A stretch of 64,000 nt of DNA from Octopus sinensis (lineage: Eukaryota), in the NCBI RefSeq assembly GCF_006345805.1, contig NC_042997.1, forward strand, positions 59,520,001 to 59,584,000. Direction: 5' to 3'. Numbering within the stretch: the stretch's first letter is position 1; every line of letters starts with the position of its first letter. A model generated the notes under the pieces. It did no database searches and was not told the origin of the DNA. It worked only from the letters and a program-made list of their open reading frames with translations. This document shows, in pieces, positions 1 through 13,105 of the stretch. Both the position numbers and the translations under genes were made by a program.

Positions 1-378
1 ATGTTTACAGGTGCACATTGTCTGTGCGAATGGTGTATAGGCTGCATGATTTGGTGAAAAGTAAACAGTTTAGTCATTTCTTATAATATGGTGTGAAGCT
101 TTTGAAGAAGGGGGGAACTGACATCATACTCCATGACGAATCAGTTTTATTGCTTATACATCATTTATAATTGTTTCTTCCTGTTAGTAAAATACGTTAC
201 TTGTATGTACTATAAGTACGTTTATGTGAATTTATTTCTTCCGTAATAACATTTTACATCTGCTGTGAATACTGCAAAAGTGCTGTATGTAAATCCTTGT
301 GATTTTGTCAATTGGATATGTTGCATGTGTTTGTCGTTTGCAATTGATGTTTTTCCTTTTTTTTTTTTGTATTATCAG

Positions 379-452
379 AAAGGAAACGGACAGAGGTTTC
401 AGTGAGTACTACTTTTAACTCTGATTTCAAAGCTGGATTTCTGAGTGACTGA
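379..452 (+). CDS. Candidate terminal coding exon of a gene entering from the left (xRKRTEVSVSTTFNSDFKAGFLSD*)
   Basis: Long T tract and attatcag acceptor (AG 377-378); phase-1 frame is open for 23 codons to TGA 450-452; no homology recognised. Confidence 0.3.
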
Positions 453-870
453 TGTAAGAGAGGAGTTGTCATGCAGTTGTGTTTGAAGAGCCAAAGGATA
501 CAATTGCAATGCTCTTTGTATATGAAACAGTATAAATGTCCTGAGAAAATTTGGGAAGGTCAAAAAAGTACGATTGAAAATGAATGGCTAATATGAAACT
601 GGTGATACTCTACAGAGGAAATGACATGTTACTGATTTGTTATGACTGCATACTACATAGGTGATGTGATTTAATACGTAGTTTGCTAGTAAGCTTGTGT
701 AGTTTTTTGAAGAAGGTATTGAGTACTTTGTGCATTGGTGAGAAGTGAGAGATGGAGAGTCAAAATTTTTATTGACGTAACTAAAATGGTTCTTGTGAAC
801 CTTCCTAGCTACATCAAGAATGGTTCACAAGTAGCTAGTAGCTAGAATCGTTCTTGTGAAGTTTTTGTTC

Positions 871-1095
871 TTTTATTCTTTTACTTGTTTCAGTCATCTG
901 ACTGCGGCCATGCTGGAGCACGGCCTTGGAGGGTTTTAGTCAAACAAATCAACCTCAGGACTTATTTCTTGAGCCTAGTACATATTCTATTGGTCTCTTT
1001 TGGTGAATTGCTAAGTTACAAGGATGTAAACACACCAACACCAGTTGTTAAGTGGTGATGGTGAGAGACAAACACTGACACAGACACACATAGAT

Positions 1096-1164
<69 letters not shown>

Positions 1165-1316
1165 AGGCATCTTTCAGTTTCCGTCTACCAAATCCACTTA
1201 CAAGGCTTTGGTCAGCCTGAGGCTATAGTAGAAGATACTTGCCCAAGGTGCCACACAGAGGGACTGAATATGAACCATGTGGTTAGGAAGCAAGCTTCTT
1301 ACCACACAGCCATGTG
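871..1316 (-). mobile_element. Octopus tRNA-derived composite SINE (family A) with internal (TA)n/(CA)n
   Basis: A/B-box-like head (TGGCTGTGTGG...GGTTCA), body CACCTTGGGCAAGT, tail CCAGCATGGCCGCAGTC..GACTGAAACAAGTAAAAG; many copies in window. Confidence 0.9.
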
Positions 1317-2214
1317 TTATCTTGAATTCTGTAAATCTATGTCATGCAAAGAGAAGCAGGTCACATGAAACATGGCTCATCATCAGGTGGGCCACACTAA
1401 AAAAAAAAAAAAAAAATCATGGTACTAATTTTTTTTTTGTGTGTCATTCAGAAAGTTCTATGAACCACATGCAGCCTGCAGGTTACAGTTTGCTCAATCT
1501 GCTAGAAACAGCAGCTAAATATCAATTAAATTTTACCTGAATTAAAATGGATGAATATACTGGATAACCAGTTCTGGGTATTAATAAATCAGAAAAGAAG
1601 ATGAAATGGTCACAGCAAGAATGCCAGTCAAGATTCATCACACAGTCATAACAGTTGTATTGTAGTGCAGATGTGTATGTATAGTTGTGATGAGGTGATG
1701 TGCTCCTTAGTATGAAGTAGATAGGTGAGCAGATCAACCTTAATGAAGCAGATTTATGATCTGAAGCACTCCACCAGCCATTACCATTCCATCTTTATAG
1801 AAGTGAATAGGACTACTTTATCCAATGGGTTCTTTCGTTTTTTAAGATGACTGGTTTGGCTGCCATGGAGGAGATATATAGAGGCTTTCTCGTTATTTCA
1901 TGCAGTGTAGTATGCTGTAGTGGTGATATATATTAATGGTTTAAATGGTGTTCCAGCCATAATGATATTGTCCTTTATTTAAATATAGTGTATCTAGGAG
2001 AACATAACCCAATGTTTCCTTTCTTCTCAAAGACAGCAGCATGTAATTGGGGGAAAGATTTGGCTGCTATTTCAAGCAAGTTGAGCAACTTTACAGAAAT
2101 ACTCCCCTTGGCTCATGTGATTCTTGTGTTCCAGACCAACCCTAATAAAGCAAACCTGTGATCAAAAGTCCCTATTTCTCTATGATTAATGGCATTCCAG
2201 CTATGATAACAGTT

Positions 2215-2910
2215 TCTTGGGGCGTGAAGGCACATAGTCCTTGTTCAGGACTTCCAGGGTTTTGAGGAGTGTGGAACTACCTCTTAAACACTATTGACCA
2301 CAAGTCTTCTCAGACCTGGAGTAGTAGCACTTGTTAGGGTCCCAGCTATAGGTTAATTAGCAAGTCAGTCAGGCAGATGAAACTCATTAACCTGGTGGTA
2401 GGAGGGAACCCACCTACAGGAAGAAAAGCCCTGATTCCAAACCACTACTGCCTTGCAGCTATACCCATCCATAGGATAGGCTTTGTGTGTACACCCCAAA
2501 GAAAAATTGGGAATTGGAGCCCCTGAGGCAGTTCAACGTTGTTTACAACCTAACTCTAGCAACTCTTGTGATGTTGGTGCCAAATTGTGATAGCTATGCT
2601 GTTCCTTTGGATCCGTCCATGATGCAAAAAGGAGGGCACATGCTGCAAGGGCAACAAGCTGTCCTCCATGTCATACTGCCCAGACTTGGATCCTATTGAA
2701 CACACTATACTAGAGAGGGAGAACTGACAGCACCAGGTCAGCCCATAAGTATAACTTGTGCTGCAGAGACTGCCATTTATGCCTTGGACTGTTCAGTCAC
2801 AGACAATGCTGCTCCAGTGGGGTGGACAACTAGAACCTTTATCTAAGGTCATTAATGACAGATGGAAGCCTAAGGTGCGATGGGATATACAATGGTTTCA
2901 TTGGCATTCT
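2215..2910 (+). mobile_element. Probable RTE-type LINE 5' UTR fragment
   Basis: GC-richer block with RTE-5'UTR-like motifs (GGAAGAAAAGCCCTGATTCCAAACC); no intact ORF. Confidence 0.35.
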
Positions 2911-3230
2911 AGCCATGGTCAGATTGCCATTTATTCAGCATATCTAGAACAACAAAACCTAATGTGTCCTTTCATTTAAAAACAAGTAAATTGTAATTTG
3001 AAGTTGGCTACTATTTCCAGGTAACTGTGTGACACCATAGAGGTATCATTATTATTGTTATAGTTGGTTGGTAGTGTAGTGAGTTGTCTGGAGTGTTCCG
3101 TTGTGAGTTTTGTTTAGAATGTTGAAGGAAAGTCAGAAGCCGAATGTATGAATGAACAACAAACTTTATTTCAAGAGAGGTAACACTCTCGTTCAAGCGG
3201 CAGTAAGTGATATTACAATTTTTAAGTAAA

Positions 3231-3531
3231 TCTATATATATATAAAGCTGAAGTTGTCTGTCTGTGGCAGGTTTGGTAGCCTTCAACTAAATTGAGAGTG
3301 ACCATGTTAAGACCAAAAATAATTTACATCAAAAACGTGCTTTTTTTCTATTAAAATCCCTATTTTTTATGATTTTTTGACTGCTGTGTCACCATTTTTC
3401 AGTGTATTTCAACCAGAAAAATGTTCACTTAAAGAGAATAACAAGCTACATACTGCAAAAGTTTTACTTTTCAAAAATTCCAATTCTAAAGGGTCGAAAC
3501 AAACCCAAGCAACGCTGGGCAATACTGCTAG
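3231..3531 (+). mobile_element. Non-autonomous Helitron
   Basis: Starts TC(TATA..), ends CTAG, subterminal hairpin CCCAAGCAACGCTGGG, sits between host A (3230) and T (3532). Confidence 0.75.
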
Positions 3532-4784
3532 TGTTGAATAAAATGTGTGGGAACAGAATGTACATTTGCAAGTGTTGGATGATAAGAATTTCAACAGATT
3601 TACTAAAGGATGGCCCTTCGCAGCTTAAATGATTCCAGACGTTGCATGGCATAATTGATTTTAGAGTCATGCTCATGTATTACACCAGCTGAGCTGAGCT
3701 GCAACTAACTAGCTCTTTCAAAAAGCACACAATAATGGTTCAAAGTGGACATAGCATGGTGTGTTACTCTGCCACGACAAAATAAATCCCTCCTGGCAGC
3801 CTACAGTAGTATTTGAGATTGTAGCCTTGGTTATAGTAGCGGAAATATGTAATAGAAATGGTGCCAAATAGTGCGTGTTTGTGGGACAAAACTGAATGAA
3901 TAGGAAGAAAATAATACAGCACTGGAGAAGTGCAAGTTATGGAGGGGAAGTAAGGGAAAGAGACAGAAAGATAAAAATTAGTTAATGAATTAGCCATACT
4001 ACAAAAGGAGAACAAACAATGACACATTCAGGGTGAGGGATAAATATAAACAATGACACACTAACCACTGTGAAAAGAAAACAAGCTAAGGGAAATAAAA
4101 AACAAAACAAAAAAAACAAGAAAAAAAACTTGTAAAATAATAAAAACTACAAAACATAGGAAAATATTTGGATAGCAATAACAAATAATGTGTAAATATC
4201 TGCCAACCAAAACCTTTTGAGAGGATTTTGGTAAACAGAAACAGAAAGAAGCCCATCATAATATATATTTTGTCATATACTAAGAGACGGTATATAATAC
4301 CAGAATTTTGAACTTGAGTCAAATATAACAAACTATCCAGAATCCTTGTTAGAATACCTGCATAAGTGGAATCTGGACTGTCTGGTTTGTAATGGAATCA
4401 AGTCATGTAAGTTGTAACAATGAAGTCAGACCAAATAGTGACATTTTGAAATAATTTAATACAGATGTCTCTGGTTTGTGAAATATATACTAGGAAAAGG
4501 ATCCACTGCACAAAATGTTACTCAGTTAAAACATTTCAAATTATTTATTTACATTCTCCATAATGAATTAATCATGTTCACAATATTACACTATTTGAAT
4601 TTTAATTTGTAACTTTTAATAATATTAATGCCTTTAACTTAGGGATTACATATAGGTTTTGTTTCTTTATATATATATTTTTATTCCTTATTGTTTTCTT
4701 ATTTTATTATCTTATTATTTTTTTTATTCCTTATCATATCATGAGGTAAGTTAAACCTTTAGGTTTTAGGTTTTTTTAAGGAAT

Positions 4785-4903
4785 TTGACCGGAGGAGTGA
4801 CTGATTTTGGGAGTAAAATCATTTTCCGTTCTAATGAACTTGGATATGGTTTCTTATATGATTTTATATAGTTCTAATTCAGCCATGAAATGCGCGTAGT
4901 CAA
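4785..4903 (+). ncRNA. Penelope-type minimal hammerhead ribozyme remnant with long stem II insert
   Basis: Stem I TTGAC/GTCAA, core CGGAGGA (cf. CTGANGA), stem II GTGACTGA/TCAGCCAT, GAAA, near-palindromic stem III ATGCGCGT. Confidence 0.6.
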
Positions 4904-5111
4904 TGTACAAGTACTTACTTTTATACATTATATTATTGTAAAATTTTTATTGTCCAATTTATACTTTATTTGATTTTAGATTAATATTTTTATGATGAAT
5001 GTTTTCTTTGTATGATATTCAATTTTGTATGTTATATGTCTCACAGCATGGTTTTTGACGGGTTCTTCATTGACTGATTTGTGAAATGGTGGTTCATCTC
5101 TAAATTAGTTT

Positions 5112-5202
5112 TATATATATATATATATATATACACATATAGATATGCATATATATACATATACAAATACATAGATATACATATATATAAATATACAAAC
5201 AC

Positions 5203-5257
<55 letters not shown>

Positions 5258-5433
5258 CACACACATATAGACATACAGATATATATATATATACATACAC
5301 ACATTCACATATATACATACACACATATATATACATATACACATATATACATATACATATATACATACACACATATATATATACATATACACATATATAC
5401 AATCACATACATACATACATACAATCACATACA

Positions 5434-5469
<36 letters not shown>

Positions 5470-5485
5470 TATATACATATACACA

Positions 5486-5517
<32 letters not shown>

Positions 5518-5560
5518 CATATATACATACATACATATATATATACATATATATATATAA
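5112..5560. repeat. Compound (TA)n/(TACA)n microsatellite
   Basis: Directly visible. Confidence 0.95.
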
Positions 5561-5744
5561 ATATATGTTTGTGTGTCTGTGTTTGTCCCTCCACCATTGT
5601 TTGACAACTGTATCTTAGTGTTTCAGGAAAAGAGTCCAATAGCATATGTACTTGGCTGACAAAGTATAAGTTCTGGGGTCGATGAATTTGACTAAAGGCA
5701 GTGCTCCAGCAAAGCCGCAGACAAATGAACAAGTAAAAGAATAA

Positions 5745-5782
<38 letters not shown>

Positions 5783-6737
5783 TATATATATATGTATGGT
5801 AGTGACATGTCAAAGGTATATCCATGACTTGTGAAAGGCACCTGTGCTAGTGACACGTAGGTGGCACCCATGCTAAAGAACATAAAACACACCCAGTACA
5901 ATCTGTAAAGTAGTCGGCATCCGAAAGAGCATCCAGCCATAGAAATCGGACTGGAGCTTAGTGCATCTCTCTAGTTTACCAGCTCCTCTTAAACGTTTTA
6001 ACCCATGGAAAAGAGATGCTAAATGTTGATGATGGTCATGATGATGATGATGACACACACATGCAAGTGTTTATTTTACACAAATAGGTACATACACTCA
6101 GAAAACATCCAATGGAAGTTTTAATTCCCAACAGTTTTAATGATTGTATTAGGAGTGGAGTATTTTTTGACAAAATGTACATGTGTTCTAGGGTGCGTCA
6201 TTTATTCATTCAGTGAGCTAATTGAAATTTATACACTACGTCAAAACAGTCTGATATACAGTATAGATGGGTGTGATTAAGTGTATTGTTGGTTGTTTAT
6301 ATGCATGCTTACAATCATCATTCTTATCATTAGCATTATCAATAACAACAATTAACATCATCATTTCATCATTTCTATCCAAACAATATGTAAGTCATTC
6401 AATTTCAGGAAGTGTAAAGAGGAGACATAGCATTCCATATTTTGGAAGGAAAACATAATTTGAGTACACTGAAGTAGTTCTACTCAAGGATACAAATATG
6501 ATACATATACAAACACATATGCATGCATATATATGTATGTACATACATACACACACACACACACACATTCATATGACATTGGAGCTTGGCATGGCAATGG
6601 AGCTCGCCAGATGTTGTCAAACCATGCAACCCATGCCAGCATGGAACAAGGATGTTAAATGATGACGGTGACTTTGCTTATAAATACATACAGATATATG
6701 ATATATATTGTATATGTGTGTATACAATATATACATA

Positions 6738-7160
6738 GGTGCAGACGTAGCTGTGTGGTTAAAAGCTTGTTTTCCAACCACATGATTTTGAGTTCAGTTC
6801 CACTGTGTGGCACCATAGGCAAGTGTCTTCTTCTATAGCCTTGAGCTGACCAAAGCCTTGTGAGTGGGTTTTGTAGACAGAAACTGAAAGACTGAAAGAA
6901 GTGCAATGTATACATATATGTATGTGTGTGTGTGTGTGTGGTGTGTGTGTGTGTGGTTGTCCCCCACCACTGCTTGACAACCAGTGTTGGTATGTTTATG
7001 TTTCTGTAACTTAGCAGTTTGGCAAAAAGAGACTGATAGCATATGTAGCAGGCTTAACAGAAAATAAGTGCTACAACGGATTCATTTAACTAAAAAATTT
7101 TCAAGATAGTGCCCCAGCAAGGTCACAGTCTAATGACTGAAACAAGTAAAAGATAAAAGA
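6738..7160 (+). mobile_element. SINE family A copy (old, CpG-decayed)
   Basis: Same head/body/tail as 871-1316. Confidence 0.85.
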
Positions 7161-7164
7161 TATG

Positions 7165-7222
<58 letters not shown>

Positions 7223-8997
7223 TATATATATAATCATTTACTGTAAAAACCCATGTAATTTGCATACCTGTCTAATTTACACAGGTGATTTTCATGATAA
7301 AAATGGTTTAAAAAGCTGTAAAATTTGCACCCAAAAGTTTTCAGAATTGTTGATATGGCCAGGAAAAAAAGGTTTTCAATTTAGTTATATTTAGAATAAT
7401 TTCACTTACTTATGATTAGATTTTAGCAAATTTTCAGTAAATAAAAAAATTTGTTTAACAGGTATCAAGCTATTAAATTACAAAGTGTTTGTGGTGTTTA
7501 TAAAAAACTTTAATTTACATTTCTTGCCCACAAGAGATTATGTCCAATCTTTAGCATATTTCTGTATGTCCTCTCAAATCAAGATCACAGGAAAAGTTGA
7601 TAATTGTTATCAACAAAAACAAAGCTGATAAATATGCACAAGTGTTGCAAAATAAGTTTAATTACCAATAAACATCAGCTTGAATGACACTTTACTCAAC
7701 CGATAGAGGAAGGTGACCAATCAAACTGATTATGTAAACAGAATCTGAAAGTGTCTTCTTGTCTCAGCTCTGATTTTCTGCCTATTCTTGTCGGAACCTT
7801 TGATATGGAGTTTCGAAATTTTAATCCCTTTCACACCTATAAAATGTCAAGCAAACTTTAAAATTTGTCATTACTATTTTAGCCGGGAGACCAAACTGAT
7901 AGCTTGGTAACCCGCTAAAATAAGCATTAAAAATTGAAAGGAGAAAATAAACAGTTTTGCAAGTTTAACTCAGTGTTTATTGAATAAGAGAGGTGCGAAA
8001 TTTAAGAAGTGACTTGTTAGAATATATTCGTTTGTGAGGAGACATAGACGAAAATAGCAAAATTCTACTATACCAAAAGAACTGGTAATACATACATTAC
8101 AAGTCTTCTATGAAGAGAACATAAGATTGCTGCATAATTTAACATGTATGTGAAACAACATTAAACATCGTATAAGGTAAATGAAGGTTTCTATAGGAAC
8201 ACTAAGTCATATTCCCTTAGTGAGTTTACACGCATAAGGATGAATTATGATGTCATCGGCAATGTTAAATTAAATTGTCCTAATGCGGGGAAAGCGAATA
8301 ATAGCTTTCTGGAAGCAAACGCAAGTTAAACTTCTTAAGCAGATTAAAACTGATCTATTAAAGGAAATTGCTGGGTTCCATTGCGATAGGGAGAAAATCC
8401 AAGCAATGTAAAATACGGCCACAACCATGATTACCAGTATGAACGTCAAACTTCAAAAAGTAGTTAACCATTAAATAGTTTTAGTAAATTTAAACAGACA
8501 AAGTAAGCATTATACTGTCCAGCATAGATAAAAATCAACTTCATTATTTTTCTATAAAAACTTATTCTGACATCACATGAGTTAACTTCCTGTACGAATG
8601 TTTACATTTGTACGTCATTTTTCAACAAAAAATATTCTGGAAACAATCTACTCATGTAATTTATGCACTTCAACGTACTTGTTGTAGCACTCCAGCTACT
8701 TGGTGAGATTAGAGTTTTGGACTTCATTGAAATTAATTCTTTCCTGACAAAGTCTCAAAATATCTGGAATGTACCTTGAGTGTGCCTGTGTGTGTGTATA
8801 AAACAAATGAGACAGAAAATGGAATTCACTAGATTATTTATTAGTTACACACACATATCACAGACTTATTTCTGTTTCCATCTGCTAAATCCACTCAAAA
8901 GCTTTGGTTACTCTGGGAAGGTGCCATGCCGTGGAACTGAACATGGAACCATATGGTTGGTAAACACATTTCTTACTGCACAGCAAATGCTTGCACC

Positions 8998-9816
8998 TAT
9001 ATATATATATAATATATATATATATATATTATATATATATATATATACATATATACATATATATATATACATATACATACATATATATATATAATATATA
9101 TATATACATATATACATATATATACATATACATACATATATATACATATATATATATACATATATATACATATATATATATACATATATATACATATATA
9201 TATATACATATATATATATACATATATACATATATATATATACATATATACATATATATATATACATATATACATATATATATAAATCCTTAAATCCTTA
9301 AAAATGTTTTAGCCCGAAGGCCGCGGCCATGCTGGGGCACCACCGCTGAATGAGCTACACTAGTTTGTGAATCCACCTCTGATACGTGGCACTTGATCAA
9401 CAAGGGAGTTCGATGCTGCTGCCCGCATCCGTGTCTCCTGTCGTGAGGTAGGTTCATCTGGGACTCCCAACAAGAAGAGATCCAGTTTAGTTTTAAAGAA
9501 ACCCACATCCACACCATATATATACATATATATACACATATATATACATATATACATATATATATACACATATACATATATATATACACACATATACATA
9601 TATACACACATATACATATATATATATACACATACATATATACATATATAAATACATATATACATATATAAATACATATAAATACATATATACATATACA
9701 TATATACATATATAAATACATATATACATATACATATATACATATATAAATACATATATACATATACATATATACATATATAAATACATATATACATATA
9801 CATATATATATATATA
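8998..9816. repeat. (TA)n/(TATACA)n microsatellite interrupted by a LINE 3' fragment
   Basis: Directly visible; interrupted at 9284-9514. Confidence 0.95.
9284..9514 (-). mobile_element. 5'-truncated CR1/L2-group LINE (ORF2 C-terminus, 3' UTR, tail)
   Basis: Translation [17 protein letters not shown]...ASNSLVDQ*; 3' UTR GGTGCCCCAGCATGGCCGC; (TTTAAGGA)n tail. Confidence 0.7.
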
Positions 9817-10533
9817 AGAATGAATGTTTTTATATATAATGAACGTGAAATACAGGAAGGGACGAACAAGGAACACAGACAAATCATTCGAAGCCTTCAA
9901 TCTTCAGTCAGACACCGAATCATCATAGCAAATTTCGGCTGTTCAATTCTGATATTTGCTCCAACTCGGCCAGCCCCAAGAAAAAAAACTAAGCTGTAAG
10001 CATTAGATTTCTTGGTAGAAGACAGGAATGTGAACGCACAAGACGGATGTGAATACAAGAGACGAAAACGAAATTGAAAACAGTAATGAATAAACAAAAT
10101 ATATATAACGGTGGTTGTCATACGACTTTAGACCAAATGAGACAAAAACAACAACAACAACATAGCTGGCGTAGAAATAATTACCGTTTCGGTAGCGGGG
10201 ACACATGTTGGTCGAGATACGAAGGCCAACAGAATGGTTTAAGAAGCAGCAGGTCGCAGAGAGAGAGAAAGAGAGACAGAGAGAGAGGGAATCAAAGAGG
10301 GTGGAAGGCAGGGGACAGAATCAGTGACCAAGAGAAAAGGAGAAAGAAGGGATTAAGGAGGATGGGAGGAAGAGGGGAGGAGGATGGGAGGAAGAGAGGG
10401 GAGGAATCGGAGGGCGCCAAAAAGTTTGGTGAAGAAGCAATGGCGGGTAGGAAAGACAGTGTGTATAGAAGTCATGCAGGGTTTAAAATTGGAGAAACAA
10501 ACGGGGGGGGGGGTGCACGTAACGCCGCAATAA
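9817..10533 (-). mobile_element. Penelope-like element remnant in TA microsatellite
   Basis: CpG-rich island with degenerate hammerhead-like ...GCCGAAATTTGC motif and pyrimidine-rich pLTR-like tract; TA flanks. Confidence 0.45.
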
Positions 10534-10767
10534 TATATATATATATACACACATATACACATATACATATATATACTTAGGGAGGTGAGCTGGCAAATTC
10601 GTTAGCACGCTGGGTGAAATGCTTAGCAGTATTTTGTCTGCCGTTAGGTTCTGAGCTCAAATTCCGCTGAGGTTGACTTTGCCTTTCATCCTTTCTATCT
10701 TTGTTTGTCCCCTCTATGGGCAATAAAAAAAATTATATATATACACACACACACACACATATATATA

Positions 10768-11608
10768 TAGGGTACGATGAATAAAGTGTCTAAAATGAAA
10801 ATAACACACACATCTCACTTTAACAGATATATTTACCAAAACTGCATAAAATTATCTTCGAATACTAGAGTAAATTTATTCAATATAATTGCCATTGGTA
10901 TCAACCATGGCCTTCAGACAACTTTGGAATCTCCTGCAACTCTTCTGGATAGTCTCCTTGTTTAAGTTGGTGAATGCTGCCATAATCTTTGCTTTCAGTT
11001 CATCTTTGATGTTACAAAGAGTTTTGTTGGTCTCTTGCTCAACTGCATCCCACACATAATAATCAAGGGGAGTTGCAGTCTGGGGTGTTAGGTGGCCAGA
11101 TGTTAGAGGTGATGTGGTCGCAAAAATTGTCTGACAGCCATGACTGAGTTCTCCTGCTTGTGTGGCATGGAAGAGCATCCCGTTGCCAGACAGAGGGTCT
11201 TCCAGCAGCCACTCTCGTGACTCAGAGCAATACTACCTGATATAGGCCTCCGTGTTGCGTCTGAAGCTGTGTGGGAAGATGAATGGAGGCATAATGTTGC
11301 CATCACTAATGATCACTCCAAACACCATGATGTTGACTGGTTGTTTGGTTTTTATCACTCTTGGTACATGTTCATATTGGTACATGTTTGTATAGGGAGC
11401 TTTTGGCACTTTGTATTGGAGCTTCCAGCGTGAATGCCAAGCAGTATAGCATGTTTCTGGCAGAGTGAATCGCTTCATGGTGCTGTTTTTCTCACAGAAG
11501 GTGCCCAACTCACCCTACTATACTGTGTAGTCAACAAAACCCAAAACAAATAATGCACATGCATGACATTAAAATATACAATGGCGACAATTCACCCATC
11601 ACACCCTG
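10768..11608 (-). mobile_element. Internally deleted Tc1/mariner element (DD37D/maT-like)
   Basis: Imperfect TIRs TAGGGTACGATGAATAAAGTGTC / CAGGGTGTGATGGGTGAATTGTC, TA flanks; transposase motifs IMVFGVIISDG..MPPFIF and PLDYYVWDAVE. Confidence 0.85.
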
Positions 11609-11625
11609 TATATATACATATTCAA

Positions 11626-11667
<42 letters not shown>

Positions 11668-11671
<4 letters not shown>

Positions 11672-12274
11672 CATAAGGGACTAAAGCCATCTGAATATGG
11701 CTAGGGACAGGGCAGGGTGGTGGGGGTGTTACTGTTGCATTTAGCCCCAGGCGAACATCAACGTCGCCAGATAGGCTTGACACCATCACGGCGTCCTCTA
11801 TCCTGCAAAGGGAGATAATTCCCCGATGAAGCGGAAACCACACACGGACCTAGGTTTCAAGGTGTATTGCCTATTATCAACGTGTGGTAGGCACCCGCTT
11901 CCCCAACGAACAACTCACTCTGCAGGATATTTCTCATTTAGAGAATTATTATTGCTGTCGAACAGATTTTCGAAATCAGCAAATGTATTTTGCTTGAAAA
12001 TCTATATATAAATATCCTGCAGAGTGAGTTGTTCGTCGGGGAAGCGGGTGCCTACCACACGTTGATAATAGGCAATACACCTTGAAACCTAGGTCCGTGT
12101 GTGGTTTCCGCTTCATCGGGGAATTATCTCCCTTTGCAGGATAGAGGACGCTGTGATGGTGTCAAGCCTATCTGGCGACGTTGATGTTCGCCTGGGGCTA
12201 AATGCAACAGTAACACCCCCACCACCCTGCCCTGTCCCTAGCCATATTCAGATGGCTTTAGTCCCTTATGTTAT
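11668..12274. repeat. Long inverted repeat: 265-bp arms (11668-11932, 12010-12274), 77-bp spacer
   Basis: Arms are reverse complements with two visible mismatches; identical peptide appears in ORF track on both strands. Confidence 0.95.
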
Positions 12275-12331
12275 GGAGCAGTTACTGTCTATATCTCATT
12301 TAGAGAATTATTATTATATATATATATATAT

Positions 12332-12363
<32 letters not shown>

Positions 12364-12719
12364 ACACACACCTTTATCTATCTCTATATGTATATTGCAA
12401 GGAATTTTTTCAATGCTCTAATGATTCCACCAATCCGTCATCCTTTATTATACACCTCTAATAATAAACATCCTTTTCCCCTATATTGTAATACTGAACA
12501 AAGAGTCACATATGTAAAAAATTTTTCGAAGATTCATTATTCATAATTACAGGTGCATGTTATATATGAGTGCATATTACAGACAAATAAATATGGCAAT
12601 TAAAATTTGGGTGGTTTACTACATTAAGTTATCTTATCAGCAACTTAACTGTTTGTTATTCAAGCAGAAAATAATCTTAGGTAATTTTTTCAGTTATTCT
12701 AATGAAACACTAATTAAAT

Positions 12720-13105
12720 ATTGGTTTCTTATCTAAGCACAAGGTCTGTGATTTTGAGTGGAAGTGGGTTATTTGATTACATTGACTCCAGACTTTGACT
12801 GGTACTTTATTTTATCGACTCTGAAAGGATGGAAGGCAAATCTGACCTTGACTGGATTTGACCTCAATGCTTAAAGAACTGCAACAAATATTGGTTTCAA
12901 ATTTTGTAACAAGGCCAGCAATTTAGGAGGAAGGGTAAGTTGATTATATCAACACCAGTGCTCAACTGGTACTCATTTTATCAACCTCGAAAGGACGAAA
13001 GGCAAAGTCGACAGTAGTAGGATTTGAACTCAGAATGTAAAGATGGACGAAATGCCACTAAGCATTTTGCCCAGCATACTAACAATTCTGCCAGCTCACC
13101 ACCTT
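12720..13105 (-). mobile_element. Two adjacent tRNA-derived SINEs (family B, AAAGGCAAAGTCGAC body)
   Basis: GGATTTGAACTC B-box complement and AACTGGTACTT..TTTATCGAC central motif; same family as 62540-63080. Confidence 0.8.

Noticed and set aside
1045-1368. Recurrent peptides such as QIHSQGFGRPEAIVEDTCPRCH and RLPNPLTRLWSARGYSRRHLPK
   Set aside because: Antisense translations of SINE family A, not a gene family
3056-3217. Small TG...CA solo LTR
   Set aside because: No convincing TSD or second copy in the window
5041-9900. Long YI/VC/HT-rich ORFs in the ORF track
   Set aside because: Translations of (TA)n, (TACA)n and (CA)n microsatellites
10074-10580. 168-aa R/E/G-rich ORF
   Set aside because: Purine-rich low-complexity antisense strand of a repeat
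11622-12461. Duplicated small protein gene MWFPLHRGII...
   Set aside because: Artefact of the inverted repeat; GTG start and no coding support
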